The notes under the pieces are model-generated. The model did no database searches. It was not told the DNA's origin and was given only the letters and a program-made list of their open reading frames with translations. DNA of 64,000 nucleotides from Trichoplax adhaerens (lineage: Eukaryota > Animalia > Placozoa), in NCBI RefSeq assembly GCF_000150275.1, contig NW_002060946.1:4855454-4919453 (forward strand), in the 5' to 3' direction. The position numbers and the translations under genes were made by a program. Shown piece after piece: positions 14,367 through 26,203 of this stretch; position 1 is the stretch's first letter, and the number at the start of each line of letters is the position of its first letter.

Positions 14367-17300
14367 ATGAGAAAGAAGCCAAGACTTAGTGAATTCATTA
14401 AAGAAAAATTGGAAGCTCGAACTATTCCCGGTTTGGAATATATCGACAGAGATAAAATGGTATTTCGTATACCGTGGAAGCATGGTGCTAAGCAAGGTTA
14501 TCAAATTGAAACCGACGGTGTTATCTATGTCGAATGGGCTAAAGTTACAAATAAGTACAGCAAGTATTATAATAAACCTAATGTATGGAAGACCAATTTT
14601 CGATGTGCTATCAACTCATTGCCAGATGTGATTTGCCTGGATGATGAGCAAGATAAAGTTAATGGCAAATTAAGAAGTGATAAGGAATATCGTATTTTCC
14701 AGTTTGTCTCACCCGACAGAAAGCAAAGTAAGCTATTGGTATTTGCTAATAATTGGGATAGAATTAAAAAGAAGTGGAAGCAAATATGAATTTTTTTAGT
14801 GCTTGTTCTAGATTACCTTAGCTGTAAATTTCTTTAGTCGATGTTAATTCAGTATTCGTCTTGATTAAAAATAAATTATGGTAAGTGTAATCTATACAGG
14901 AAAAAGGTATACTGATCTCTTCCGTGTTTAACCTTGTAGCAAAGGAACGGAACTGCAGAAATGGCTTCAAGGTGAAATCTCAAAAGCAAAATATTGACTC
15001 TTCACGTTCAAGAAAGGTAATTCGTTATTTACAGTATTCTTGCTAAAAAGCAACATGCAGTTGTTTTAAAGCTAATTTACTAATGTTGATATCACTCATC
15101 ACTAATGTAATATACGTTGATGCCTATACGTGTATATGATGTATACTTGTTATACTTTATTGCTGGGTTATCACGAGTGGCTGGTTATAAAGCCATTTCG
15201 ATTTCCAATATTGAGATACAAATTGGAGTGTGCTGTTGGTAGCTGATAACATGATTTTACGGTAATCTAGTTGAAAAAGAGATAGAGCCGATCCAACCTT
15301 ATTGATTTTTAATCATAATCGATTGCAAAAGCATTAGCTCTATTTCAACAACTTCAACTTCTTACCTATGAGAAATTTTATTCTTCATGTACACAATACG
15401 TAAACTATGGCTCATCGATAACAAGCATGACGTACTATTCGATTGGTTAGGAAAAGATGATTATTTCCTTATCATTTAGATTGCAGATTGCATCAACTCG
15501 CTGTGCTCCTTGCAATCATGATCAATTTTACACGTGTAGTCAGTCAATCAATGTCTTCATGAATCTTATTCAGTTTCTTCAAGTGATTCTCTCCCCAACT
15601 TATTTCAGTAAACAACCTCATCAAGATGTCGGGTGATCCTCCCCCCCCCCCAAAAAAAAAAAATTCGACCCGTGGCAAATTTCTCTGCAAAATATTGTGA
15701 TCCATCCATGTCCATTATATCGGTCCGATCAATCTTTGATCGATGCAGTAAAATAAAGTACAGACATGAAGTAATTAATGGCTGTTGCTTCCATGATGAG
15801 TCAAAAAGAACCCTCTATTTGCGCCAGTATAGTTATTGGTGTGTTACCATGAAAAGATGGGTGAAATAGTGTTATGGAGAGCTAATACCGTAAGTAGTGA
15901 CTGAGTACCTTATACCTGAAAATGGTCACTGGCAAAGAGCACTCTTTTCATGAATATTTTACGCGCAGCAATAAACACTTTTATTCGACTTTTAATCCTA
16001 GTCATCGTATCATCCAAGACGTGCATCATTGAAGCTTATTCTATCCTCTCCTCCTATCTATTCCTCTACCATCACATCGTTGCTCATGGATTTTTCTCTC
16101 TCTTTCTGGCTTTTTTTCCCTCCCTCATGACTCATTTTTGCATCGTCGCCTCTCCATTAGCGATTTACTTCCGCATACTTTCTGCAATCACCATTACAAT
16201 AGCTGCCGCTCGCCACCATTACAATGCGGTACGCAAAAACAATAGTACTGGTACAGTACGGGTAATGTCAAGTTGGATGGTGTATTAGTCCGGTAGGCAG
16301 TACTACCTGCAGATCATTTGTGAACTCTGAAGTATTGGGGTTCAAGTTGATCGATGTTGCAGATACACAATTGCACATTGGCCGCCATCTCAACCAGTTG
16401 GAACCATATCCACCGGCGACAAATACAATAGCTTACTCTGGATTTCTTTGTTGCTACCGCTTGTTATTGTTATTGTTGACACAAATGCAATGGTCGCTTG
16501 GCTCCATGCCCTTACTGGATAACAGTCTAGAACCTATAGAGTAGACATTGATGTAGACAGAGCATTTTCAACAGACCTTGATAGCAAACTAGCGCCTGCT
16601 GGTATAGATTTATGTGACATCCATTCTAAATTTTGTACAGTAGGCGTCATTAGCGGCCTAAATTGGCGTGATCAAACTGAAGTATTTCATGCTGCACCCT
16701 ACACTCTCTTGATGACGTCACAACACTCTGAAGCAAACACGTTTTCTCTTTTACACGAGCGGCATCGATACTGTATCATATTGTGCCAGGTATTGCCTTA
16801 CGCACTCTACTCGACTGCAAGTTAGCCGCTTGGAAAAGAAAAGACAATTTGATCCAAATCGTCACCGTTTTAAAATGAATTTAAATCTTATCATTGCCTT
16901 AATCTTGTTCACTGGACTACCATAAACTTCCTCAAACAGTGTGATAAACGAGCAATCTACTTGGGTATCCATTTATTTATTTATTATTATTATTATTGGA
17001 GGGGGACCCAGTTAGCATGATGAACAAGGTTAATCTAGAGTGCACACCCCACACCCCTTATCTTCATCCCCCCAAAAAGACATCCTAGACTTTCCTAAAT
17101 GGAGGGTAAGGGATTTATCAAGAAATCCAACTGAACAAGTAAAGCCTATAGTATTAAAGATATTCTGTCGTAAAGATGAAGGCAAGATCATTAAGGATAG
17201 ATAGTGTTTATGCATAGAGTTAGAGTGTAGAGACGAAACACAGAGAAGTTAGCCTTGTTGGCACAGAGATTAATCTACAGTACAATACTATACAGTTTAC

Positions 17301-18964
17301 GTTATATTATTAGATACGCGTACAGTACACTGGACATACGAGTACTTGTATTTTTGGATAGAAATTGTGCCAATTCATTTTTTTTTCTTCTTCCCAGTGA
17401 ATAATGTCATCGTCATATCTATGATGTATCGCATCGTTTCTGATAATTACTACTAATAATAGAATTCGAATAGACTGCCATGGACTACTAAGCTACATCT
17501 AGTAGTCCATGGTGCTGCACTGTAAAAGAATTAATGAACGGTTAGATCGACTACTCGTATAGCGTATTCGAAAGAGTAGACATGACTTATTCAATCCTAA
17601 ACTATAGCATGTCTTGAGCATAATCGTCCGCGGACTACTTACATAATGAGTATAGACGCGTATAATAATAATAACGAAGTATGCAGAGCACGTACAATTA
17701 AAATTAAAATTATAAGAATTCACCGGATGATAAGAATATTATATTGATTTTATCTATTTTTCTTTCCTGGGAATAGGTCAAGAAAACCAAGAAGTATAAA
17801 ACCCAGGAAACTCGTAATGTAGGCCAAAATATCAATGCGGATCTTGCACCAGTAAAAACCGAATCAGGTAATAATTCGCCGGATTTGTAAACGTAATCCT
17901 TAATCGATGGCGCAAATTAGTAACAATAGTAGGGTATTGCTTTTGCTCGTGGATGGTAGGGTAAATATTGATAACAGTAAACTTTTTTGAACCAGATTCG
18001 TCTGAAATAACCCATCTCAATTCTATCGAAGAACAACTTTATGATGTTTCAATAGCAACTACTGATATACACTTGCAAAATTCATTTAGCAACATGACTC
18101 CTGATTGGAATGATTGCAATCGAGGTTAGTATTAAAACCAAGTGACATTTGCGTGAATATTCGGAGTTAGAATTAGTATTAGCAGATATCAAAATTCTTA
18201 GAGATAACACATAATTCAAATAATATGTTTCGGTGTACAGTATACTTACAAATAAAGTTCTTAGTTGGCCTCCGCTGTATCGATCAGTTGTAATTGGCAC
18301 TTATGCGCCAATTCTTTTCTTCTATTAAAGCGCTGCCTACAGCATTTGACGGAGAGATTCGATTTGCTCATCAAGATGATAATCAAGATGGAACATTTAG
18401 TTACCATGATAATACTGGTAAATACTTAACATTTCAGTAGAAATAACTCACTTACGAACATGATTGATAATCTATAGAGCTTTACTTATGCCGTACCTTA
18501 TATTATTAGCAAGCAAGCAGTGGCAATTTACAGTATAATACGATACTGATAGTATAATATAAACTTGATCAAAACCTTTACGTGTGTTACAAATCTTTTT
18601 AATTTATAATTTAAATTCCTCTTATGATTCAGCTACAAATGAAACGACAACGGTAAGAAACATACTGTCCATGTAGTATTTGTATAGTCTAATTAATTAA
18701 TTATTGGAAAATATTTACCAAGATACTACTTTGATAATGATATTCGATTGAATTTAGTCGTTCTCTGTTTTGACTATATAGATCGAGCCATTGTCATCAA
18801 TACCAGCTTATCGGGAAATTCTATCCTATATAAGACCCAGTGAGAATTCCGATGATGGATATATACCTTTTGATGGTTACTCTCCTAGCGAATATAATTG
18901 TAGCTATCATTATCCAGTCTGTCTCCAAGGCCATAATGCAAGTTTATGTCAAAGCGGATATTGA
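14367..18964 (+). CDS. IRF: Interferon regulatory factor, IRF1/IRF2-type (DNA-binding domain plus low-complexity tail, no recognisable IAD1/SMAD-like domain), 315 aa
   Basis: Exon 1 encodes the IRF domain (IPGLEY, FRIPWKH, EWA, WKTNFRCAINSLPD). Phase-consistent GT-AG exons: 14367-14727, 14940-15016, 17777-17867, 17996-18124, 18331-18417, 18633-18652 (20-nt microexon), 18782-18964 (TGA). Total 948 nt, open throughout. An in-frame stop at 14322 supports the ATG. The DBD call is near certain; the downstream exons rest on splice signals and frame continuity. Confidence 0.88.
16971..17275 (-). mobile_element. Probable 5'-truncated 3' end of a CR1/L2-type non-LTR retrotransposon in IRF intron 2
   Basis: The minus strand ends in a (TAA)n(TAAA)n tail (16971-16997), preceded by a G/C-richer 3' UTR-like segment and a frameshifted ND-LPSSLRQ (LPSSLRQ at 17165-17185) resembling the WNxLPxxLR C-terminal motif of CR1/L2 ORF2. 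No target-site duplication found; the 5' boundary is approximate. Confidence 0.4.
17478..17512. repeat. Perfect 13-bp inverted repeat CCATGGACTACTA-N9-TAGTAGTCCATGG; member of a dispersed palindromic family
   Basis: Directly visible. Related copies at 26685-26726 and 47762-47780; half sites at 33008-33018 and 50761-50769. Confidence 0.75.
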
Positions 18965-19161
18965 ATTATGCCCATGATAAATTCTAACTTTATCTACACC
19001 ATTTGGCGCACGTGATAACAACTCTACGATAAAAATTTCCGCTTAGCTTAATTAAATCTTCTCATTTCCCAGTAAATATAATTGTAGTGATATTAGGTCA
19101 TTATGATATAAATCAACATTGGACTTCTACCAGCTTATTTAGATATAAATGTTGTGCTCTA

Positions 19162-19167
19162 AATAAA
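19162..19167 (+). terminator. Candidate polyadenylation signal of IRF
   Basis: AATAAA about 200 nt after the TGA at 18964. The AT-rich background makes this weak. Confidence 0.35.
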
Positions 19168-19729
19168 CAAGCATAATCATTTACCGTCTATAGTAATTAG
19201 AATGAAGGCTTGTTACCAAGCCTATTTCACAAAGTATTAACTATTTCTCCTATAATTGTAATTTTTCTCCGAAAATTTCTAATTTCATTCCTTTACATTG
19301 CCAATTCCTTATGAAGAATCCAAGACATTGAGTACAATGTAAATATACGAATACATTATCATAACTATAAATGGCAGTTGTATATGTATCAATCAGTCTT
19401 GTAAAGCTTGATTTAATAAGTGTAATATCTATAGCTTATACTCATATGACCAGTATTTGTACGGTACCGTGAATGTTTATAACTGACAGGAATTTACTTT
19501 CTTAAATGCTTCGATTAATAAATTTTTCATTTGAAAATAATGTTATTTCTTTTATTATCAATTGTATGTACGATGCTATGATTGTAGTACATATTTGATC
19601 GGACTAAGAAACTTAACTAGTAGATAAAATAACCATAATTTGGAAAAACAGTTTAATTCTCCTTCAGTGATGATATACATTCGAAATTCTCAATTATCCA
19701 TTAGATCCTCTTCATTCTATTACCAACAT

Positions 19730-19897
19730 TATTAAGAAAGATTTGTGTTCTCGAGTAATCGTTACTTTTACTATCTTACCAATTATCGGTACGATGTAAA
19801 AATTCTTTCATCAGTTCTATTAAGAAAGATTTGTGTTACCGAGTATCATTAGTTACCATAACTGTCTTGCCGGTTACGATGCAAAATGTTGTCATCG
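19730..19897. repeat. Degenerate two-copy direct repeat, period about 88 bp
   Basis: TATTAAGAAAGATTTGTGTT occurs at 19730 and 19818, each followed by similar CGAGTA...GTTAC...ACTRTCTTRCC...TACGATGYAAAA blocks. Confidence 0.8.
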
Positions 19898-21029
19898 TCA
19901 GACTTGGTGAGACTTAAGGGAACTAAAATAATACCGCGTAAGCTTGATTCGATTGTTTACAGTTTTATCCGCATGAAACACCCAGCTTAGGAAGTAAGAT
20001 ATGTCATATATTGTACGTTACCTTACAGTAGGCATTATGATGGAATACGTTTATTAACAGTACTAGATATGACTGATATTAAGTGTAGAACATCACGTAT
20101 AGACTTGCAACGGATGCAAAATAATATTATTATTAACTGTAATGTATGATGAAACTAAAGTTAAAGAATTGCAGATTTTCGCATACACTAACCTATTAAA
20201 CATACCGCCATAGAATAAGCATTGTGTAATGCATAGTGAGTTAGTAAGTAAAGATGTTCAGAGATGCTCAATGTTGATACTGACATAAATACACGCAATA
20301 ATCATTTACATCTTAAATATGAATTTAGAATAAATAGTTTAAAAAATTTCGCCGACTTCGAAACCAATAGCGCGCACACCTATCGATCAGTTGTCAATCT
20401 AACTGTTTTACAAAATCATCGCCATTGCTCTGTGCCGTGAAATTTCTAAAGATCTGCAGTACTTTCTGGACAAATCTATTAATTAACCCGTATACACTAG
20501 GTGTACTCATGCACGTGTGTATACATACTGTCAACTTGTTACCGTATCGTTATTAGAAAGTTGTATTTATTCGTTATCACTCCTATTCTCGACGTAGTAA
20601 CGTCTTAAATGTTCGAATTTAAGATCTACAGAAATCTTATTCTTTTATAAAGTTCGATGGCCTCACAATTACTTTAGTAACCATGCAGCGATAAGGGAAT
20701 TCTGTCCTTTCAAGTGTTCGAATATTTTTCCTTTAATACGTATATCGAAGATTGTGAGATGAAATATATTTACCAAGAAAATGATCTCATCGATAGAGGA
20801 TATTATCACAAATTTATGCTGCCTTAGATAACAGAGAATCACTTAAAAATACATGAAATATAGGACATTAAAATAATTTTATGCTTAGAGTACAGTAGAG
20901 AGCAAAAGACTTGAGTCATTAGCTCGCTTAAGTCATTTAATGCATCCCCAGATCGAAAAGACATTCGATCACATCAATTAATAAATCTGACATAATTTAC
21001 ATTTTGTTACAAAATGGCTATATTACAGA

Positions 21030-21035
21030 TTTATT
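21030..21035 (-). terminator. Candidate polyadenylation signal of DDX21
   Basis: Minus-strand AATAAA about 125 nt downstream of the stop at 21159. Confidence 0.4.
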
Positions 21036-21158
21036 GTACTATATTTGTACAAATTAATAACCAAATAAACAATACACCCGGTAGTCTTAATTCCGGTTAC
21101 AGTTATAAAGCAGTACTGTCCTATATCAATTATTCAATATTGCTGATCCTTCTCATGA

Positions 21159-24100
21159 TTAAAAATTTCTCGCTCTGAAGCCACGAGGATTGTTTCCTCT
21201 CCCGTTGGTATAATTTCTTGAGGCCATTTGATTAAAAGGTCTTCTTTCATGTCGATTATAATTATTACCGAATCTTGAATTGTTATTAAAATGTGATGGC
21301 TTTTCGAAAGATGACGAAGTGTCTAAAAGTTCCGGTAATGCATCTGCAATATCTAGTTCTATATTTCTAGCATTTTTCCAATTTTCCTGCATAAAATTAG
21401 TTGAATAATTAATGATGATAATGGTAAGCATCATTAAGAAAGCATTCAAACGACCGTAAACATCATCTCACCTTTACAGTGTCGCAAAGATTACTTGGTA
21501 AATCGAAGACTACCCCTTTTTTGTCCTTACACATTCTCATTCCACGTACTTCCGCTTTTATTGCTGATGACAGCTCAACCTCAATTACTTTCCACATATA
21601 TGATACGCTACGAAACTCCCATTGACTTCGCATAACATATGTTGTAAAGCCCTAATGATTTTCAGTAAAAAAATAGGTCAATAATTGTAGATAATCTCAA
21701 CAAAAGTACAACGTATACTTACTTCTCGAGATGAAAGCAATGATCTGTTTGTTATTGACGTATAACCAGATATGTGCGCAAGTGCAGCAGATAGAGCTTT
21801 TACTGCCCCTTTAGTTTCAATGATTTCGCTAGCAATACTCTCAAAATGTACTAAGACCTCTGCAGGAACAGAATCTAGTGATTTAGCAGCATCTCGGGAG
21901 GTTGCTTGTATAATATCACCCAATTGAGGTGCTCCAATACGACAAAAGTTGATGCCTGCCTCACTTTCAATACTTTTTATTCGATCTTGATGTGTAGGCT
22001 TATAAAATGTTATGCAAATACCAGTTCTATTTGCACGACCTGTTCGACCAGATCTGTGAATGTAAGTATCGGCGTCCTAGTTGTTAAATTAAGTAAGTTT
22101 ACTGTAAGTCTAATATTTACTAATTGATTCTTCCGCTGTATATCACAAGTGCAATAAAATGGTAGTATACGTATTACTTTTACTACTCTCTACATTTTCA
22201 ATTCCGTAAATCAGAAAGATTTTTACGTTACTCCACCTTAGGCGGTTCGCACTGAATAACAAGATCGACTTCAGGAATATCTAATCCTCTCGCGGCGACG
22301 TCTGTAGCAACTAAACAAGGAAAATTGCCTTCACGAAATCCCTTTAGAGTTACTTCTCGCTGTGCTTGTTGGATATCTCCATGCAGTACCTGAACTTCCT
22401 TTTTTCAGTAAAATATATGCCATGTCACACATTATGTAGGATGCTTTTATATGAGTAATGATCTAATACTGAGGTATATTGTGATAGAATATTTTGATTT
22501 ATACCTGTTTTAAAACCGAACTTAAAGCAAGTTCATTGGCTTCTTTTTTTGTAGGTGAAAAGATGATAGTTCGGGCATGGTCACCACCATAGACTTTAAC
22601 CAGGTCGCCGATTGTAGCCGCTCGTTCATGGTAAGGGCACGATATAACTTTGTGCTATTTCAATTTAATTTGAAAGAAATGCAGTATATTTTCAATATTG
22701 CAAGCGGTTACGCGTACATTATACTAGCTATAGCCGTTGTCGATTTACCTCAACTGTTGTGGATGTGCGTAATGCATCTTTTCCAATGAGATCTACAATC
22801 TTTTTATCACTTTTCATATATTTATCTATAGTTTTAAGAGCCCATTTAGGCATTGTGGCAGAAAAGAGTAGCGTTTGTGGATGACGATCTAAAGTGGTAG
22901 TATTTCAAGAGACAATAAAAATGAGCGGCAGATAATAAAGTGAGTAGAGATATCTTATATATACATGAATAGCTAATACCTTTAACATAAGCATGAGAAA
23001 GTATTTCTTCTACAATATCACAAAAGCCCATATCTAGCATTCGATCAACTTCGTCAAGCACAACGTGCCTAGAATAGATACGTAAATTTTCAGCACATAA
23101 AATTTTCAGATGAGAATAAGATACATAGGTACAGTAAAATACTAATATGTAGATAAAAAGGCATAGTAAAACTAACTTTAACTTGGATAAAACAAGATTT
23201 TTACGATCGATATGATCTTTGATTCTTCCAGGTGTACCAATCACGATATCGATTCCATTTCTTAGATGATTTTCTAAAAGTTTGTAGGAATAGTGTTCAA
23301 TACAAAACAAAGTTTTATACATTGCTTCCAATACAATTGATTCCTAAAATAGTAATACCTTGCTCGGCATAAGGAACTCCTCCATAAATGCAGACTACTT
23401 TAAGACTTCCAGATAAAGCTTTAAATTCTGATGTAATCTGCCAATGGTTTTAAATGAATTACATTTATTTTCATCTCAATATCCAATTCATTAACAGAAA
23501 ATTTTTTAAATAAGACTTAGAATCTACACGTCGTGTAGATGATAATCGAAAGCACCGTAAATAATCTGTCTTGCAAGATGACAAATGCTTATTTCATTTT
23601 GTGTGTTTAAGTACAAACCTGAATAGCTAATTCTCTCGTAGGTGCTAAAACTAAGACCTGTTATAGTTGATTAAGAGTTAGAGAAAATAACTGATAAAAC
23701 TTGTTAATGCAATTGACTTACTTTAGGAGGTCGAATTTTATCGTCGGAACGTTTTTTCTTAATTAACTTTTCCGTAATAGGTAAAGCAAATGAAAGCTAC
23801 CAATAGCCATGATGTATCACGAATTCATGCAAAATAAATATCAACATTAAATCTTTGAACGTGGTGGGATCTTGTCATACAGAAATAGTTACATAGGTGC
23901 ATTTTAATTCTCATACTCTTCCTATCTTTTATGTAACACACATCATATTTATAAAGCGTGTTATCAGGACTAAATATAATAGTTAAATCACTGAAATGTA
24001 GCCTTTACGTTGATTTGGAAGGTTAATTTTCACATTAATTACCGTTTTTCCAGTCCCAGTTCCTACATTTAAATACAGGAGTAAGTCAACAATCAATGGA

Positions 24101-26030
24101 CAATATTGAGTAAATTTTTTCATTTTACAGTTAAGTAGCCGTATGTTAGTACTAGAAACCGTAAGATTCTTAATACACAATAATCGTAACTCTTACTTGC
24201 TTGACCGATGACATCTTGACCATCATAAACATAATCAAAAGTTTGGGCTTGAATAGGAAATAAGTATGTAATTCCTCGTTCTGGAGGTAAAATAAATTCA
24301 TTATACTCATGGTTATATTGAGGTAAGTATTGTGCAATATAATTTTAAGCTTATTAATCACAAGTGCAAATTGTATTCTATTTCTAATGAACACGCATCA
24401 TACACGTACAATTCAGAAGATTTCGAATATACTTCTCTTACCCTTTAGCGAATCGGCAATAGCGGATGATATTCTAAACTTTTTAAAATCACCTTTTTCC
24501 TCCATACTACCAGACTAATCGGTAAAAAATATTCAAAATGAATAATAATTATCTAATAATACATTGCATCTAAATATCAGAAACTTTGCAATACATGTAA
24601 TATTAAGGTTGTCTTACAACATAGTTTATGCGCACACTAATAGAAACATAGGTATATTTTAGATGAGGTCAAGATTTAGATATAGCATGCTTGTGTTTTA
24701 ACTAAATTGCAGTAGGATCGAATACTGTAGTCAGTACATTAAGACAGACCGTTTCAGCACTGTAAATAAACTTGTACAATATACTATAGGCTAACAACAG
24801 TCAAGATATACGCACATCGTGTTCGGGTAGTTCGCTGTCTCCATTGGATTTTTGACTTGATCGATGTTTCTTATGATTTCGTCCATCGGGAGGGGATATA
24901 GCTTTGCGTTTCATAGTCGAGGTATTTTCCTATTTTAAAATTATTATTAGCGATCATCCGTCATCGCGGTCAAGAAAGTGCTACAAGATATAGTCTCAAA
25001 CACAGCAATCAATTGCAATGGATCACTACTAATCCTGGTAATGAGAGTACAGTACGTGCTTTAGCAATCATCCTTCACAGTAGTAAGCAAAGCGAGAACT
25101 CTGTCTACAAACACAAGTAGACCACTTGTTACTCATTACACACCCACTATCCCAGGCATGAGGATTATAAGGTAATGTTCTAGGCAAAGCTTTGTCAATG
25201 TATCTAATATGTATATATATATATATATAATGCACTGTATATGAAATGGCCACAAATAGTACAAAAGTACAGTATCTAAAATTTGCTTGAAGTTATCACC
25301 ATCTTTAGCTTTCATGTTTCGCAAGCTATAGGAAAAGCAAACAGGTAGAACGACTTTCTATAGTTTACGAATAACGAACAATGACGATAGACTACACACA
25401 GTTCAAGTTGCCAATTGGATCATGCATCCACTGGTTCAACGAAATATCATAAATTAATCGTAGATGATTGAATTTCAGGTAAAATTATGATCAATGACAC
25501 TGTTGTAGATCAGCCATGCTCTGTCTATAAATCCCTATACATATCCCCATACATACTATAAAACGGTATGTTGCAGTATCTAACTATACAATACAGTGTT
25601 CAGCTACAGTACTGGATATTGGTGTGTCTATCTACAGTATACCAAATCACCAATACACGTGTTTGATATTCATCAGTCATAGTGCAAGTAGTACATTAGA
25701 GACTCTGAAAGGAGAGATTGAGTAAAATGGTAAAACGATGGTTATCCTATCGTCGTAATCTACTGTACATAAAAGCGAACAGCAAGTCTGGCAAAGTTTC
25801 AAAGTTCTACTATTTAAAATTGAATTTATTTAAAAACATTTATAATATTTCTTCAAAAAAACCGAATATTTTCTATAGATGACCAAATTGATTCGATCGC
25901 GCACTTCCAATATCTATGTTAATTTGCATGAACTGCAAACTGTAGCCTTACTCTAGTTTTGATTTTAAAGTGATTAGGACTCAAATTGTTTGTACAGTAT
26001 AAATTTTTTTACCTCATGATTCTGTTTCAT
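21159..26030 (-). CDS. DDX21: Nucleolar RNA helicase 2 (DDX21/DDX50 family DEAD-box helicase with GUCT domain), about 633 aa
   Basis: 16 phase-consistent exons: 26030-26013, 24929-24816, 24514-24442, 24280-24197, 24062-24043, 23796-23722, 23657-23619, 23437-23359, 23273-23177, 23068-22980, 22888-22749, 22654-22505, 22398-22237, 22076-21723, 21651-21472, 21386-21159. Motifs: Q (FPIQ), I (ARTGTGKT), Ia (PTRELA), Ib (TPGR), II (DEVD, as in DDX21), III (SAT), V ([12 protein letters not shown]), VI (HRSGRTGR), GUCT (GVVFDLP) and an RG/N-rich tail. The first 18-nt exon is the least certain; there is an alternative ATG in exon 2. Confidence 0.93.
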
Positions 26031-26197
26031 CTTGTTTTCTGCCTTCGTCAAGCGATCAAACTATATATTATATACTGTACAGTGTACAGTATAGTATTAA
26101 ACTGGAAATTACTTCTTGCAGGATGAGCCGGCCGGCCAGGCAGCCAGTACCGACGACAGACGTACGTACGTACGGTACATTGAGTATTCATCGGTTG

Positions 26198-26203
26198 CAC
26201 GTG
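26198..26203. promoter_or_regulatory. Canonical E-box CACGTG in the GC-richer DDX21 promoter region
   Basis: CACGTG about 170 nt upstream of the first coding exon, next to GC-rich GAGCCGGCCGGCCAGG and (GTAC)n. A second CACGTG lies at 25656-25661 in intron 1. Confidence 0.45.

Noticed and set aside
14728-14789. ORF-track C-terminal extension of IRF (SKLLVFANNWDRIKKKWKQI)
   Set aside because: Read-through into intron 1 past the A|GTAAGC donor at 14728.
15641-15663. C11-A12 homopolymer junction
   Set aside because: Simple sequence; no TSD or element body could be tied to it.
25600-25677. C/D snoRNA-like CTGATGA...CTGA in DDX21 intron 1
   Set aside because: Imperfect C box, no terminal stem and no recognisable rRNA complementarity.
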